NCBI RefSeq assembly: GCF_009914755.1
Contig: NC_060933.1
Source: the human T2T-CHM13v2.0 reference genome, Homo sapiens
Strand: one strand, 5' to 3'
DNA length: 64,000 bases
A program made the translations under genes and the position numbers. The notes beneath the pieces were generated by a model that made no database searches, was not told the DNA's origin, and worked only from the letters and a program-made list of their open reading frames with translations. This document shows positions 51,804-64,000 of the stretch, one piece after another. How positions within the stretch are numbered: position 1 is the stretch's first letter; every line of letters begins with the position of its first letter.

Positions 51804-52297
51804 AAAAATCAAAGTCAGTTTTTTGGCCGAATGACTTAAGGTAATTCATTCCAGTCATTCAGGAAGGCATTAAACTATGTAAATAAGAACTGTCCAATTT
51901 TTAATAGTTAGTGTAACCCAATCAGATCATGTACTCAATTGTATCACATTCATGGCTTTAATTTTAAACATTTTGACAGAATTTTTTAAAACCCAGGTTT
52001 AATGGTCATCTTCAATGATAAGAAAACGGAGAGATTTCAGTTACAATAGTGACTCAGTCACTATGTTTGTATGAAAATTAGTCACAGAGATGCTCAAATA
52101 ACCTTGGTAAATAGTAGATTCAATACTGATTCATAGACATGAATTACAATTTTGACTTTATTATTAAGAATGTGGTTGATTTAAAAAGATCAATGTAAAT
52201 TGCCTTAAAAATAATTTCTTTGAATCTAAGAATCCATGATATTGTCCACCCTCCACTACACTTGTCATTTCCATAGTGGAGATACACCTCATATTGT

Positions 52298-52300
<3 letters not shown>

Positions 52301-52328
<28 letters not shown>
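52301..52328. repeat. (CA)14 microsatellite
   Basis: Direct read. Confidence 0.95.
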
Positions 52329-52332
<4 letters not shown>

Positions 52333-53049
52333 GTAGTCCTGCTGGGAAATACCTTCCACCATCATTAAAATTCTTTTCACACTGCCACTTGATTTATTTC
52401 AGACCTAATTTAATATCTTTCAGAACCCAGATTTATTGGTTCACGTGAATGAATTACAGATTCTGATTAGTTTACTTTTATCTCCAAAAAGCCTATCTAT
52501 GTCATTTCCAAAAGACTCTTTTTCATATTGTACACAGTCATGTAGAAATGGTATATGTGGTAAGCCATACTTAAATCCCCAGTCAAATAAGGAGGAAAGA
52601 AATGGTGCCTCAAGGTCTTGGAATGTCATTATGCGTGCTCAGTAATTCCAAGGACATGTGCTTTTCAATGAATACAAATTACTATGGATAAGAAAAGGCT
52701 TATGTAGACTAATTGCTTAAACAAGCAGCAGTTCTGTATTGTTACAGTAGAAAATTTTAATTACAGTGAGAGAAAAAATTGCATAAAGTATTTTGTTATT
52801 TATATTTTGCCTGGAAGGTGCTAATTTATTTAAACATAAATAAGCTTATTGAGCCTTCTACTATTTCTATGTGGCTATTTAGGTGTCTGAAACCGTGCTG
52901 TGGGTTAGAGGAATTCAGAAAAATAGAAGAAATAATTACATGATACAAGCAAATTCAAAACAAGGTTTTCCCTATTGTCTTGGAATTTCAGCCTAAATCA
53001 TCAAATGTGAGAACAATGAGTGACTGACACCTTCACCTTTTAAGAGAAG

Positions 53050-54541
53050 CACTAAACATACTCCCAAAAGACTTACTAAGGTGCGGCCACTCTGCTCTAT
53101 CAACAAAACTCCTTCCTCATTCAAAATAACACAAGGCTAGAGATTCATTGAGGGAATTGTCTTTGATGACACTGGGAACGTTTAAGACTGTCTGGCATTC
53201 TCCCTTTCTTCCTCAAGTGAGCCACAGACAGAATACAGAGTTCTCTGAAGAAGGCAGATTGGAATCTTATGCCCCAGCAGGATATTTGTAGAGAAATTTG
53301 TCAACCTGTTCTTTGCTGCCACAAGAGCACAGTGAAAGAATATTTCTGAAAAAAGCTTTCAATATGTCCTTTGGAATTTGTGGAGCATTGAGACTGGTGC
53401 TCATGTTTTCCTTTCTCTTGGAGAAGTCAGAAAGCAAAAGGCAGGCTGAAGCAGCATGAATAGGCAGGATGAGGAGACAGGAAAGGAGTAAGGACAGAGT
53501 TTGAAGGGGCAGGTAACTGAGTTTTCCTTTAGACTAAAGAAGCCAGACTCTGGTGGTACTAAAAGCACTCTACTACAAAGGCTACATTGGTGGGTACAGT
53601 GTCACCACACTTGTGCCTTCAAAGAGAAGCAGTGGAGGGAGAAATGAAGGAGATTAACCAGAAAATATGACACAGTCATCAGAAAATAAACTGTGGCTAG
53701 GTGTGGTGGCTCACACCTGTAATCCTAGCACTTAAGGAGGCCAAAATCGGTGGTGGGGTAGATCCCTGGAGCCCAGGAGTTCGAGACCACCCTGGGCAAC
53801 ATGATGAGACTCTTTCTGTACAAAAAAATACAAAAAGTAGCCAGGCCTGGTGGCACGCACCTGTAGTCCCAGCTACTCCAGAAGACTGAGGTGGGAGAAT
53901 CACCTGTGCTCAGGAGGTTGAGGCTGCAGTGAGCCCAGATTGTGCCACTTTACTCCAGCTTGAGAGACAGAGTGAGATTCTATCTCAAAAAAAAAAAAAA
54001 AAAAACCCAACAATGAATTGTTAGCAGGAAAGAGAGTGGGAGAGTGTTTGCCTAAGAACCCAATAAATGGCACAAAAGAGTCAGCTTGTTGTTTCTGCTA
54101 CAAGGAAGGAAGAGAAGGTCTAATTACCATAACACCCATCACATAGAGTTTCCTCTAATCACATGGTCCCTTGACTTACAGGATGATGCTTGATAGGCTA
54201 GAACCCACCAAAGAATGGTAGATGAGGAAGAACGCAGAGATAACATCAACAACAAAATCAGACCCAGCCTCCCTTCCCATCCCTGCCTACCTATCTCACA
54301 CCAGGCCTGCTCTGGGGGAGGGGGGAAGGGAGAGATGTGAATTGGATCTGAGATGGAAGTGTGATTAAGTTGGTCCTGGAACTAGATTGAGAAATAGAAG
54401 TAGTCAGAGAAGCTGTGGGGTGTGCCTGAAATGCCGCCAATTGGAATAGAAGAAGGATCACTGCTCCTGGAAAAAAAGAATCAACAAGGAGGTTATCTGA
54501 TGCTGCCCCATCAAGTTCAGTTCGTATAATGTCAATTATAC
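53050..54541 (+). mobile_element. Possible ancient Gypsy-like LTR (LTR85/88/MamGyp type) interrupted by AluJ
   Basis: Purine-rich, GC-elevated stretch with CCCTTCCCATCCCTG..GGGGGAGGGGGGAAGGG and CCCCATCAAGTTCAG..AAT..TTATAC terminus; family and 5' end uncertain. Confidence 0.35.
53695..54005 (+). mobile_element. AluJ, full length, A19 tail
   Basis: GAGCCCAGGAGTTCGAGACC..CTGGGCAACAT, GGGAGAATCAC..GAGGCTGCAGTGAGC. Confidence 0.93.
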
Positions 54542-54739
54542 CTAAGTATAACCAAAGTTCCCCAGTGCTCATGAAGATGCTGTATAAAACAATTGGCCTT
54601 TCATCTCTCATAGGTATCTACAAATACACAACGCAATTTTGAGCATTTTCCTTCACCATATTTAAGTAATGTATACATGAAAACACACATACACACAACC
54701 TTTTGACAAGGAATACAAAATTGTGTAGTTTCCAGATTC

Positions 54740-54820
54740 TTCCAATTATGTACATTAATTATGTGCAGGGTTTTTTTTTTTTTTTTGTATACGAATTATA
54801 CCTCAACAAAGCTGGAAAAA
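54740..54820 (+). mobile_element. L1MB-type extreme 3' end
   Basis: TACATTAATTATGTGCAG..AATTATACCTCAACAAAGCTGG. Confidence 0.7.
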
Positions 54821-54876
54821 TTGTGGAGAAATCAGCATTCACACTTCCTGTTATTGTGGTTCATAATCACCTCTAA

Positions 54877-54952
54877 TTTTCCTGAGAGGATAGACAGTTG
54901 GATTGATCTGAAAATTTTTCCTGAGAGGATAGACAGTTGGATTGATCTGAAA
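54877..54952. repeat. Tandem duplication, 39-bp period, 37-bp perfect copies
   Basis: TTTTCCTGAGAGGATAGACAGTTGGATTGATCTGAAA at 54877-54913 and 54916-54952. Confidence 0.97.
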
Positions 54953-55205
54953 GAGAAAAGGAAAAAAAGAAATTGAGGAGCCTAGTACAGACCTTAGGCT
55001 TTCTTTATTTAAAAATATAATATGATGTAAGTATCAGGTTTTGATAGAGAAAACATAAATTATAGAATTAACACTATTGGCTCTTGAGAGTTCTTAATGT
55101 GTTCGAGTACTATATTTTACATTTACACAAAAGAAAGACAACACTCATTACCTTAATAATTGTATAATTTTGAGAAAAAAATGTGTAAAGTAAACAGCCA
55201 CCAAG

Positions 55206-55257
55206 ACACACACACACACACGTGCACGTGCCCGTGCACACACACACACACACACAC
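55206..55257. repeat. Compound (AC)8-GTGCACGTGCCCGTG-(CA)10 microsatellite
   Basis: Direct read. Confidence 0.9.
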
Positions 55258-55359
55258 TTTGAGAAGAGTTAAGTTTTTTTAAAAAAAATACGTGTGGTAG
55301 CCTAATGATGCAGAGAATCATTACACTAAATGATGCAGAGTAATACATGACTACGACAT

Positions 55360-55630
55360 AGATAAGTTAATCTTTAAACTGAATCCTGAAAGATTAGTAG
55401 AAGTCAGCCAAGCATAAAGGGAGCAGAGGGGTTTAGGAATGTGGAGCTCTTTTGAGGTGAGTGAAGAGCATATTTAAAAACACATATCCCAGTAAAAATG
55501 GAAATGTGAGTAGCTTGCCCAGTTTCACTGAAACATGGGGTATGTTCAAAGGTTCAAAGAAGGAACAGCAAATTTAAATGGGAGAAATGATCAAGAAGCA
55601 TGCTTTTTCAAACGTTCAGGGTATGCTTTG
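55360..55630 (-). mobile_element. L2 fragment
   Basis: TTTAAACTGAATCCTGAAAGATTAGTAGAAGTCAGCCA. Confidence 0.6.
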
Positions 55631-56033
55631 AGACAGTGAAAGAGAAGAGCTCAGAAAGCCCTACACTTCAACCAGAGAACTCTGCTTTTATGTTTTACAT
55701 ATAATGCCACCTTCTACATTACGTTTTAATTGAAGTGATCTGCAACTTAAGAAAAACATTAGGATCTATGAATCTTGAACAATAAGAGAAGGTAAATGAA
55801 TAGACAAAACAAGTAATAATAGAAACAATACCATAAAAAAAGAAGATAAAATATGGTAAGTCATAACCATAAAGGACTTTTAATACTCTTGATCTTCTAT
55901 GAAACTCTTTTTCCTTGGTGTTTTCTGATTCCTGTCCTCTTATCCCCAAATTGTCTCTTGATATTCTCTTTCTCTGACAACTTTTCTCTAATCCACAACT
56001 TAAATATTTGCTCAGAAATTTGTTCTTTTGTGA

Positions 56034-56588
<555 letters not shown>

Positions 56589-56589
56589 T

Positions 56590-57330
56590 GAACCTGTCTA
56601 TCTTAATGTCCTATGGCAACCACCAGCTCAAACCCTTTAAAAGTAAACTCATAATCTTTCTTGGTCTTTGCATTGTTTCTCTTCTTTTTTATATTTTCTT
56701 AGAGAATACAGACATTTCAGAGATTCTGCACCAAATTTATCTTCCAATTTGGTTCCACTTCTCCAAATTCGTTCATCTCTTGCCTGAACTTCTGAAATAG
56801 TGTCCCAGCTCTTCTACAACCAGAATTTCTTTTATCTAACAATTGACTAATTATGTTTATTTATTCATTCCACGAAGATTAATTGGGCAACTACAGGATT
56901 CTAGGAATTCTTTCATGTGCTGGAAAATCAATAATGAATACCTCCAAGCTACTGAAGCATTTCTTTATATGATCACAGTGTAATCTTTGCAAAGCTAATC
57001 ATGTCAACTCTGTTAAGAACCTGAATCAACTCTGTATTGCAAACAGGCTATGGCTGTGCATGTTATAGAAACCTATTTATGTTAAGGATCCAGTCTATTT
57101 TTTAAAAAACCTCTTCTCCAAATTACTCAATTTCTAGCTAACAAAACTTCTGCCCAATCTCCAAGCAATCCTTGTTTTTTTCTGGCCTTTTGTACATGGT
57201 CATTTATACTTCTGCTCTTTCCTTCAACTCTGTCTAGGGAATGGCCCAAATTGTAATAACCAGTTTACCATCTTCTCCATAAAAGTAAAATCGGTCAGTT
57301 AACCATTTTCTCTGGGTCTTCTTCAGCTTC
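56590..57330 (+). mobile_element. L2 fragment (also about 55870-56040)
   Basis: AAACTCATAATCTTTC, CATCTCTTGCCTGAAC, ATCATGTCAACTCTGTTAAGAACC. Confidence 0.55.
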
Positions 57331-57817
57331 AGTGCCATCACCAATCATCAAACCCTCTAGATTTTATTTTCTGACTGCACAGCTCAATGCTTTCTTACTG
57401 CTAGTAGAAAACAATTCTCTATATACTCCCAAAAACTTACTTTTTTTTAATCTTCCCCATACCTTTTCCTACCCTGCTAATATTCAAATACTACATGCTT
57501 ATAACAGAATCAAAACATATAAAGACCTAATTTGAATCTTACATTTGGGAAGATTTCTAGAACTATAGACTATTTTACCTTCCTTCTTTTTCAACATAGA
57601 ATTTCTGAAAGAAAGCAATCCCATATGTTGAACCTATTCAAATTTTAATTATAAGTTAGAAGTAGAATCAGTATTAAATATACAATAAATAAATAATCAT
57701 TTAGCTGAGTGTGTGACTATTCAGCTCTGTTGCTAAACACATTCTCCTAATTTCTTTAAATAAAGGAAATTTAATGAATGAAATTAAATTGCCCCCATGT
57801 AGTGTATACCAGTATTG

Positions 57818-58130
57818 AATTCATTTGGTCATTCCACAGGTATTCTTTGGATGATTACTATGTGCAAGGCACATTGCTAAGCCAAGGGTATACAGGATTA
57901 AATAATAAAAACTCTTTGCTCCTAATATATTCACAGTCTGGTAGAAAATTTAGAAAATAAAATCAGCAAATATAACATAAATTTGTAAGTTCTATGGAAG
58001 TCTATATGGCAAACTGTGTAGTCCAGAAACTGAGCTTATAAGAAGGAGGTAGACATGTAGATGGAGAAAAGAATGTTCCACTGAGTAAGGACGGGTGTCT
58101 AGCATGTGAAATTACAGAAAAGAATGTAAG
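57818..58130 (-). mobile_element. L2 3' fragment
   Basis: CATTCCACAGGTATT..TACTATGTGCAAGGCACATTGCTAAG..TCACAGTCTGGT. Confidence 0.75.
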
Positions 58131-58632
58131 TGTCCAAACAGCCCAAGCTAGGTGTGCATGTGAACTTAAATCTGGAGTCCCTCATGAATCGTATGTCTTG
58201 AGCTCATGAGTCCATTTTATTGTTGTTTCTCCCACAGTGCATTGAGTAGTAGGTGCTCAGCAAATATTTCTTCAGTGGATTAATAAATAGTTATAAGAAC
58301 TAATAAGAAGTGACAGTTCTTAAACTATTTGGAAATTCTAATATGTGATACGGACCTACTGTCTGGGACTAAAAATAACAGTGTTTATAAAAATATGTAG
58401 TTTTAAATTTGATATATAAGGTTTGCTTGGACACCACAGATTATGACATAAATTTCACAAATGGTGCTGCAACAGAGAATATCAAGATTATTTTACATTC
58501 ATTGTGAACCAGGAGTTGTTTTTCCTTTTTTTCCAGACAGCATTAGTTAGACAGAACTGATATGGCACAGATGTACACCAGTGCAGAAAAAAATAATTAG
58601 TTGGATAAATAAATATATATGTTTGTGTAGTG

Positions 58633-58635
<3 letters not shown>

Positions 58636-58663
<28 letters not shown>
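58636..58663. repeat. (TG)14 microsatellite
   Basis: Direct read. Confidence 0.95.
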
Positions 58664-58667
<4 letters not shown>

Positions 58668-59543
58668 CACACAGATATCTGTATGTGTGTACATATACAG
58701 ATATCTTTAAATGTAACAACAATAATGTCATTTATTGTAAACCTGATAGAGCAGTAGAGTGATGATGTTGAAGAGCTTGCCACCTCTACAGTTTAGTCTG
58801 GAAGCAGTCTTATACTACCAGGCAAAGCTAGCTACGCTCCATATTTTTGTGGACAACTGTGCTACTTTCATTGCTCCACGGTTCTTTAAAACCAAGAAAT
58901 TCTAAAGAAGCCCACAGGAAAACAGGAAAATGCTTACTATCCCTAGATTGGTTGCTAAGGACGAAGAGTAGAACAGGGTAGAAAGAATACAGATGTTGGG
59001 AATCTGTCAGACCCGAGTTAAAACTCTAGATCTAGACTGAGTGACTTTGGGCAAAGTAAAACTCCATTCCTGCATTTCTCCTCAGAAGCCTGAAGAACTC
59101 TTACACATCCATAAGATTCAACTTAAGTGACCTCCCTGAAAATCTTAGTGGTTCTAAAATGAAAGTCTTGGCATTTCTCCCACTCTCCATTGCCCACTGC
59201 CTCAAAACTGGCTTTCCCAATCAGCAAAAGAACCTACCTTTCACCCAGTTACTCAGGCAACAATGCTGTACATGGGTGCTGCTTTTTCTCTTTTGTTCAG
59301 ATACCACATCCAATACACTAAGAAGTCCTGCCAGCAATATCGCTGAAATAAATTCTGAATCTGACCACGTCTCATAACCTACCCCACTACTACGTTAGTT
59401 CAAATCCCCATCATCGCCTGGACTTTTATAATAACCTCCTATCTCATCTTTCTGCTTCCACTCTGGTCATCTTGCATTTTGTTCTTCATAGGACAGTTAG
59501 AAAGTGTACATCTTTTAAAAGTTACATCTTTTAAAGTGTAAAC

Positions 59544-59847
59544 CAGTGTCTCATACCTGTAATCCCAGTACTCTGGGAGGCAGAGGCAGAAGGATTGCTT
59601 GAGGATAGGAGTTCAAGACCCTTGCCTGGCAACATATCAAGACGCTTTTTCTACAAAAAATAGAAAAATTATCTGGATATGATGGTGCACACCTGTAGTC
59701 CCAGCTACTTAGGAGACTGAGGCAGGAAGACCACTTGAGCCCAGAAGTTCAAGGCTTCAGTGAGCCGTGACTGCATCACTGTATTCCAGAATGGACAACA
59801 GAGTGAGACCCTGTCTCAAAAAAAAAAAAACAAAAAAACAAACCACA

Positions 59848-59898
<51 letters not shown>
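59544..59898 (+). mobile_element. AluJ, slightly 5' truncated, tail ending in (AC)25
   Basis: GGATTGCTTGAGG..GGAGTTCAAGACC, CTTGAGCCCAG, GAGTGAGACCCTGTCTC. Confidence 0.92.
59849..59898. repeat. (AC)25 microsatellite
   Basis: Perfect 50-bp array. Confidence 0.97.
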
Positions 59899-59900
<2 letters not shown>

Positions 59901-60449
59901 CAGATGATGTCTCTTGCTTACTCAAAATTCTCCAGAGATTTTTCATCCCAATCAGAAAAAAAAAAAAAATTCCTACCAGATCTTGCATGTCCTGCCCTCT
60001 GTAAAACTCTCAAAGTTTCCCATGGATCACATCCTCACTCTATCCTCACTGGCTTTCCTGGTGTAACTTGAGCAATGCCAAGCACACCCTAACTGCAGGG
60101 CCTTTCCACCACTGTTTCCTCAGATCTCTCCTCAGATCTCCACATGCGCAACACTCAGGTCATGGTTCACAATCTCTTTCTCAGAGAGTCCTTCCTAGAC
60201 TACCCCCTCAAAGGCAGTCCTCAGAGTAGTCCTCCTTCCTCAACCCTACATCCTGTTACACTGTTAACTCTTCTTATTCCTCCCTAATATTACAATGTAT
60301 TTATTTATTTATCATATGTCTCCCCTAATGAACAATAAAATCCATGATAGTAGAATTTATGTCTCTTGTTTACTATCTATCGCCAATGCTACTCATAGTG
60401 CTTTGTACATGGTAGGTGTTTTATAAATGTTTATTTAATGAATAAGTAT

Positions 60450-60698
60450 CCTCTGAGTTGTTCCCTCATACCCTCTCCAGACACCCACTTTGGTGCTCTC
60501 TGTGATATGTGTCCATTGCACCCAGCGCATCTTCTTTTTTCGAGAACTTACAATGAACTTGTTTACTTTTCTATATCCATCACTAGGTTACGTGGTTTTT
60601 GGATTCGAAGACCACATCTTTCTTATTCATTATTGTATGCCCGGTGTCGATGCCCAAATCTATTGTATAATAAATGCTCAGTAATATTGTTGAATCAA
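60450..60698 (+). mobile_element. Second L2 3' end
   Basis: GACCACATCTTTCTTATTCATTATTGTATGCCC..AATGCTCAGTAATATTGTTGAAT. Confidence 0.65.
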
Positions 60699-63005
60699 CT
60701 AGTGGTTCATCATAATGCCTGTGGCCAATTCAGTACTGAATAAATGGGAGCTATGATAATAATAACAGGTATTCTTATTTTATGCAACTGGAAACTCCTT
60801 AACTAGTGCCCGCCTAAAGAGAGGAAAAAACTAATTAAGAAATAAATATAGGTGTGAAAAACAAGCCATTTGTCATTTCTATTTTAATTGTAGAAGGCAC
60901 AATCAACTTAGTTTAGATTTATCATCCATAAGGTGGTCACTCAGAGGTGAGGAAGATGCCTGCAGTTTATTTCTAGCATGCTGTGAAGTATTTTCCCAGT
61001 CAAGGAAAATAACAGGCATTAGTAGCATTGTATTCATTTCTCTTCTCATACCACTGGGCACCAAAAAGAAACATTCTTTTAGTCTAGGGCTATTACAACA
61101 CACTTACATTCAACACTGGTTTGAATTTAAGCGTGTGTTTATAGAACGCTCTCGACTAAATAGAAAAAAAAAGACAGGTGAATTTCCTTGTGATTGAAAA
61201 GCAGTTGCTAAGCCTTTAGGAAAGCTGTCAAGAGATTACACATGATTTTCAAGAGTAGAGATAAGAGATTATCTTAATCCCTAAAAAAGAGCAGAGTCAA
61301 GTGACTGTCAAAGAAATGAAGTAAAATCTGAACCATCGGTTCCTCCAACGCAGTATCATTTTGAATTGCTGTTTTAGGTATTCATTGAAAACAATATACT
61401 CCTTGGTAAACTATCTGAATTTTGCATTAGGGTATGAAGAATTTGGGGATTTAATTCTTGTACTCTCATGGAAATTTCTAGTAACATAATTTCCTAGAAT
61501 CCTAGATTCCTGTGTCTGCCCATGCCTCCTGAACAATATAGGTATTCGTTATTAAAATTTGAGGAGCACGAACATTTGGCAGCCTGTTATGTCATTAGAA
61601 TGTATGTTCAAAAACCCTTTAAGGGTCAAAACCATTTCAATCCAAACGAGGGTAACAGGAATTATTGTGTGTTTATGGTAACAATGAACAGGTGAATGAT
61701 TTCAGGTCCAGCACCCTCCATTTGCAATTATGACATTTTCTTTCCTATGTGAACACCATCAGAAATCTTTGATTTCTGGCCTCAGACTTCTGAGAATTCT
61801 TAGTCACTATCCAGCTTTAGTCATTCAAGAAATTTTCAGAGTGTTTTTCATTTTGAATACATTGGCACACACTCGAAGACTACAAAACAAAGTCTTCATG
61901 CTAACACCAAAGGATAATTCCTATGAGACCAGCGAGTAGAAGGCAAGTCTTGAATTTGAGACATTTTCTCTAGATCATTTGATCTTTAACATTTCAACTT
62001 GAAAATTTGCTTTCAATCTTATTTAAATGTCATGAATTTGGGTGGAATCTTGAAAATATTTAAGTGGTTGATAATGCATTATTTCAATGCAGGTAACACT
62101 TTCCAAATAAAGCATTAACTACACCATATGGCAACAGAAATCCTGTGGAAACCACAAAATGTGTGGTTTAGAAATTCATTGATTTCACTGTTTTATTTCT
62201 TTTTAGCACATCTCCTTTTCCTCTCCACCCTTTTTTCCAAAGTCTTACCAGTTCACCACATAATCACATGGTTAGTAACTTCAAGCGGTAGTCCACTTGA
62301 CAGTAAGGTGACAAATGCTTTCAAAATATAATTTGTTTATGTACCTTTCCAAAATGGGTTATTTTGCACACATTTCCAAGAAATAAGTCCAGAATATAGT
62401 AGGAGACATTTGATATCTTCAGTATCTATTATTTGATTATCAACAGGCCTTCCTAAAGAATATACGTAAATCTTAAGAAACACATATATGGAATATTTGA
62501 TGAAACTGTAGTGCACAAGGAATTTGTTAATTACTTCAGCTATTCAAGGGTTCATTTTTTTAGCTATCTGCAGTGTTCCAGGAAAAGATATTCAGATCTT
62601 TTATGTATCAATTCATATTCTTGTGCACAGACATACTTGCATATAAAAACAAATATCAAACCTAATTTAAAAAGAAGAAAAGAAGTCTTTTGAATGGTAC
62701 AATGGTACAATAATAAGATGTGGAAAGTCAGCATTGGTCAGTGTTGTCACATAATGTTATTGTAAATCATGTAAATAAATATAAAATATCTGTTTTGTTG
62801 TTGTTTGCCTGTTTTTATTTTCCGGTTTCTGATATAATTAGAAGAAGCTTATTGAAAAAAAATTCTTGAAAACCCTAAAGAGGATAAGAAGGTTGTAACC
62901 TGAACATATCAAATCCACTTTCCCCTAAGTTACTACTTTGGAAAGATATTTCCCAGACTATTATTTTCTGAAAGATAATTCCTAAAGCTGTCATTCTTAC
63001 CTTGG

Positions 63006-63013
<8 letters not shown>

Positions 63014-63051
<38 letters not shown>
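63014..63051. repeat. (TC)19 microsatellite
   Basis: Direct read. Confidence 0.95.
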
Positions 63052-63056
<5 letters not shown>

Positions 63057-63568
63057 CTATCTCTCTCATTGCTAATGGTACTTGGAAGTTAGTTAAAATT
63101 CTCAGGGAATAGAAACAATTATTAAATAACTTTAGATACCTGATATGCCTGACATGACCAAATATGCCCTAAATTTATACTTTCTGGGCTCAGATCGAAG
63201 TTCAGATCTAAGTTCAAAGCTCTAAACTAGAAGCTTTCGTATTTTTATAGATTCCAAGGGCAAGGCTATGAATTTTTTACTTTTAGATGTATTTTTTTAC
63301 TGTTTGTAAAAGTCGGATATCATAAATCTGGTAGTTTCAAAAAAGCTGCAGATTTTTCAATAGTGGCCCTTGTATTTCGATTTAAACCAAATGGGACCAA
63401 ACTTATTACTTCTACTCTGAAAGGTCATTTTTCATCAAGATTGTATTAGAAAATAAATCATTTAAAGCCATCCTTTGGATGGTTCCTTGCATGAATGTCT
63501 TAAGAAGAACACGTAATAAGAGCCTCTTTGCAAAGCCAAGCTTATTTGTTAATTCAAAGTGGTCTAAA

Positions 63569-63601
63569 GCTGCCACCTTCTGGCACTAAGGTGATATTTC
63601 A
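63569..63601 (-). promoter_or_regulatory. Candidate CTCF site (core plus upstream module)
   Basis: Minus strand TGAAATATC-ACCTTA-GTGCCAGAAGGTGGCAGC; core matches CCASYAGRKGGCRS with one mismatch; binding not shown. Confidence 0.5.
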
Positions 63602-64000
63602 GTAAATTCAGTATGCTGCTGAAGTGCTATGACATTATTACAACAACCCTCACAGTACCTCCATGAATATCAGAAAGAAGTCTGTAAGCACAACAAAGGC
63701 AAACTGCCAACATTCTGCATTTATTTGTGTGAAATATTAAAGCACTATTAATAGAAACAGGTTTCAGAAGTAGAACTCTAGGAACCAAGCAAGAATCACA
63801 ACTTGGTACTTCATCAATGGCCTTCTTTGAGCCTAGTTAACTTAATTCCTTACTGAAGAAGCATAATTTAAACTTCGAAAATACTTATAAATCTAAATCA
63901 AAATATTCAGTTATCTTTGTTTACCAAATATTTGAAAGTATAAATTCATATTATTAAAATATTTTAAATGCATTTATCAATGTTTCTGATTATCAAAGGT

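Larger units (their letters stand above)
59110..60447 (+). mobile_element. L2a fragment to 3' end, interrupted by AluJ
   Basis: CACCCAGTTACTCAGGC, CCACATCCAAT, GAATCTGACCAC, CAGGGCCTTT, ACATGGTAGGTG..ATAAATGTTTATTTAATGAAT. Confidence 0.85.

Noticed and set aside
54761-54976. ORF with repeated FPERIDSWIDLK, or CRISPR-like direct repeat
   Set aside because: Only two copies with a 2-nt spacer, in eukaryotic DNA with no cas genes. It is a simple tandem duplication whose period happens to be a multiple of 3.

Overview
AT-rich primate (most likely human) non-coding genomic DNA, either intergenic or deep within a large intron. I see no protein-coding exon, RNA gene, CpG island or CRISPR array. Every ORF in the track is short (142 aa or less) and is explained by Alu, L1, LTR or microsatellite sequence or by chance. 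Much of the window is recognisable transposable-element fossil: 8 Alus, several L1M/L1P, L2, MIR and L3 fragments, MaLR/ERVL solo LTRs, and hAT/TcMar MITEs, often nested, plus microsatellites. Between them are TE-poor unique blocks (about 4.4-7.2, 16.2-18, 22.3-24.6, 27.2-28.1, 35-36.5 and 60.7-64 kb) with candidate regulatory motifs. Family and subfamily names come from my recollection of consensus sequences, not from a search. Ends of old elements are approximate (tens of bp). I found no evidence for a new biological system. The most notable items are micro-scale mutational scars (a templated insertion, a tailless Alu with TSD, a perfect 39-bp duplication), a bipartite CTCF-like site, and a switch in LTR orientation near 32 kb.
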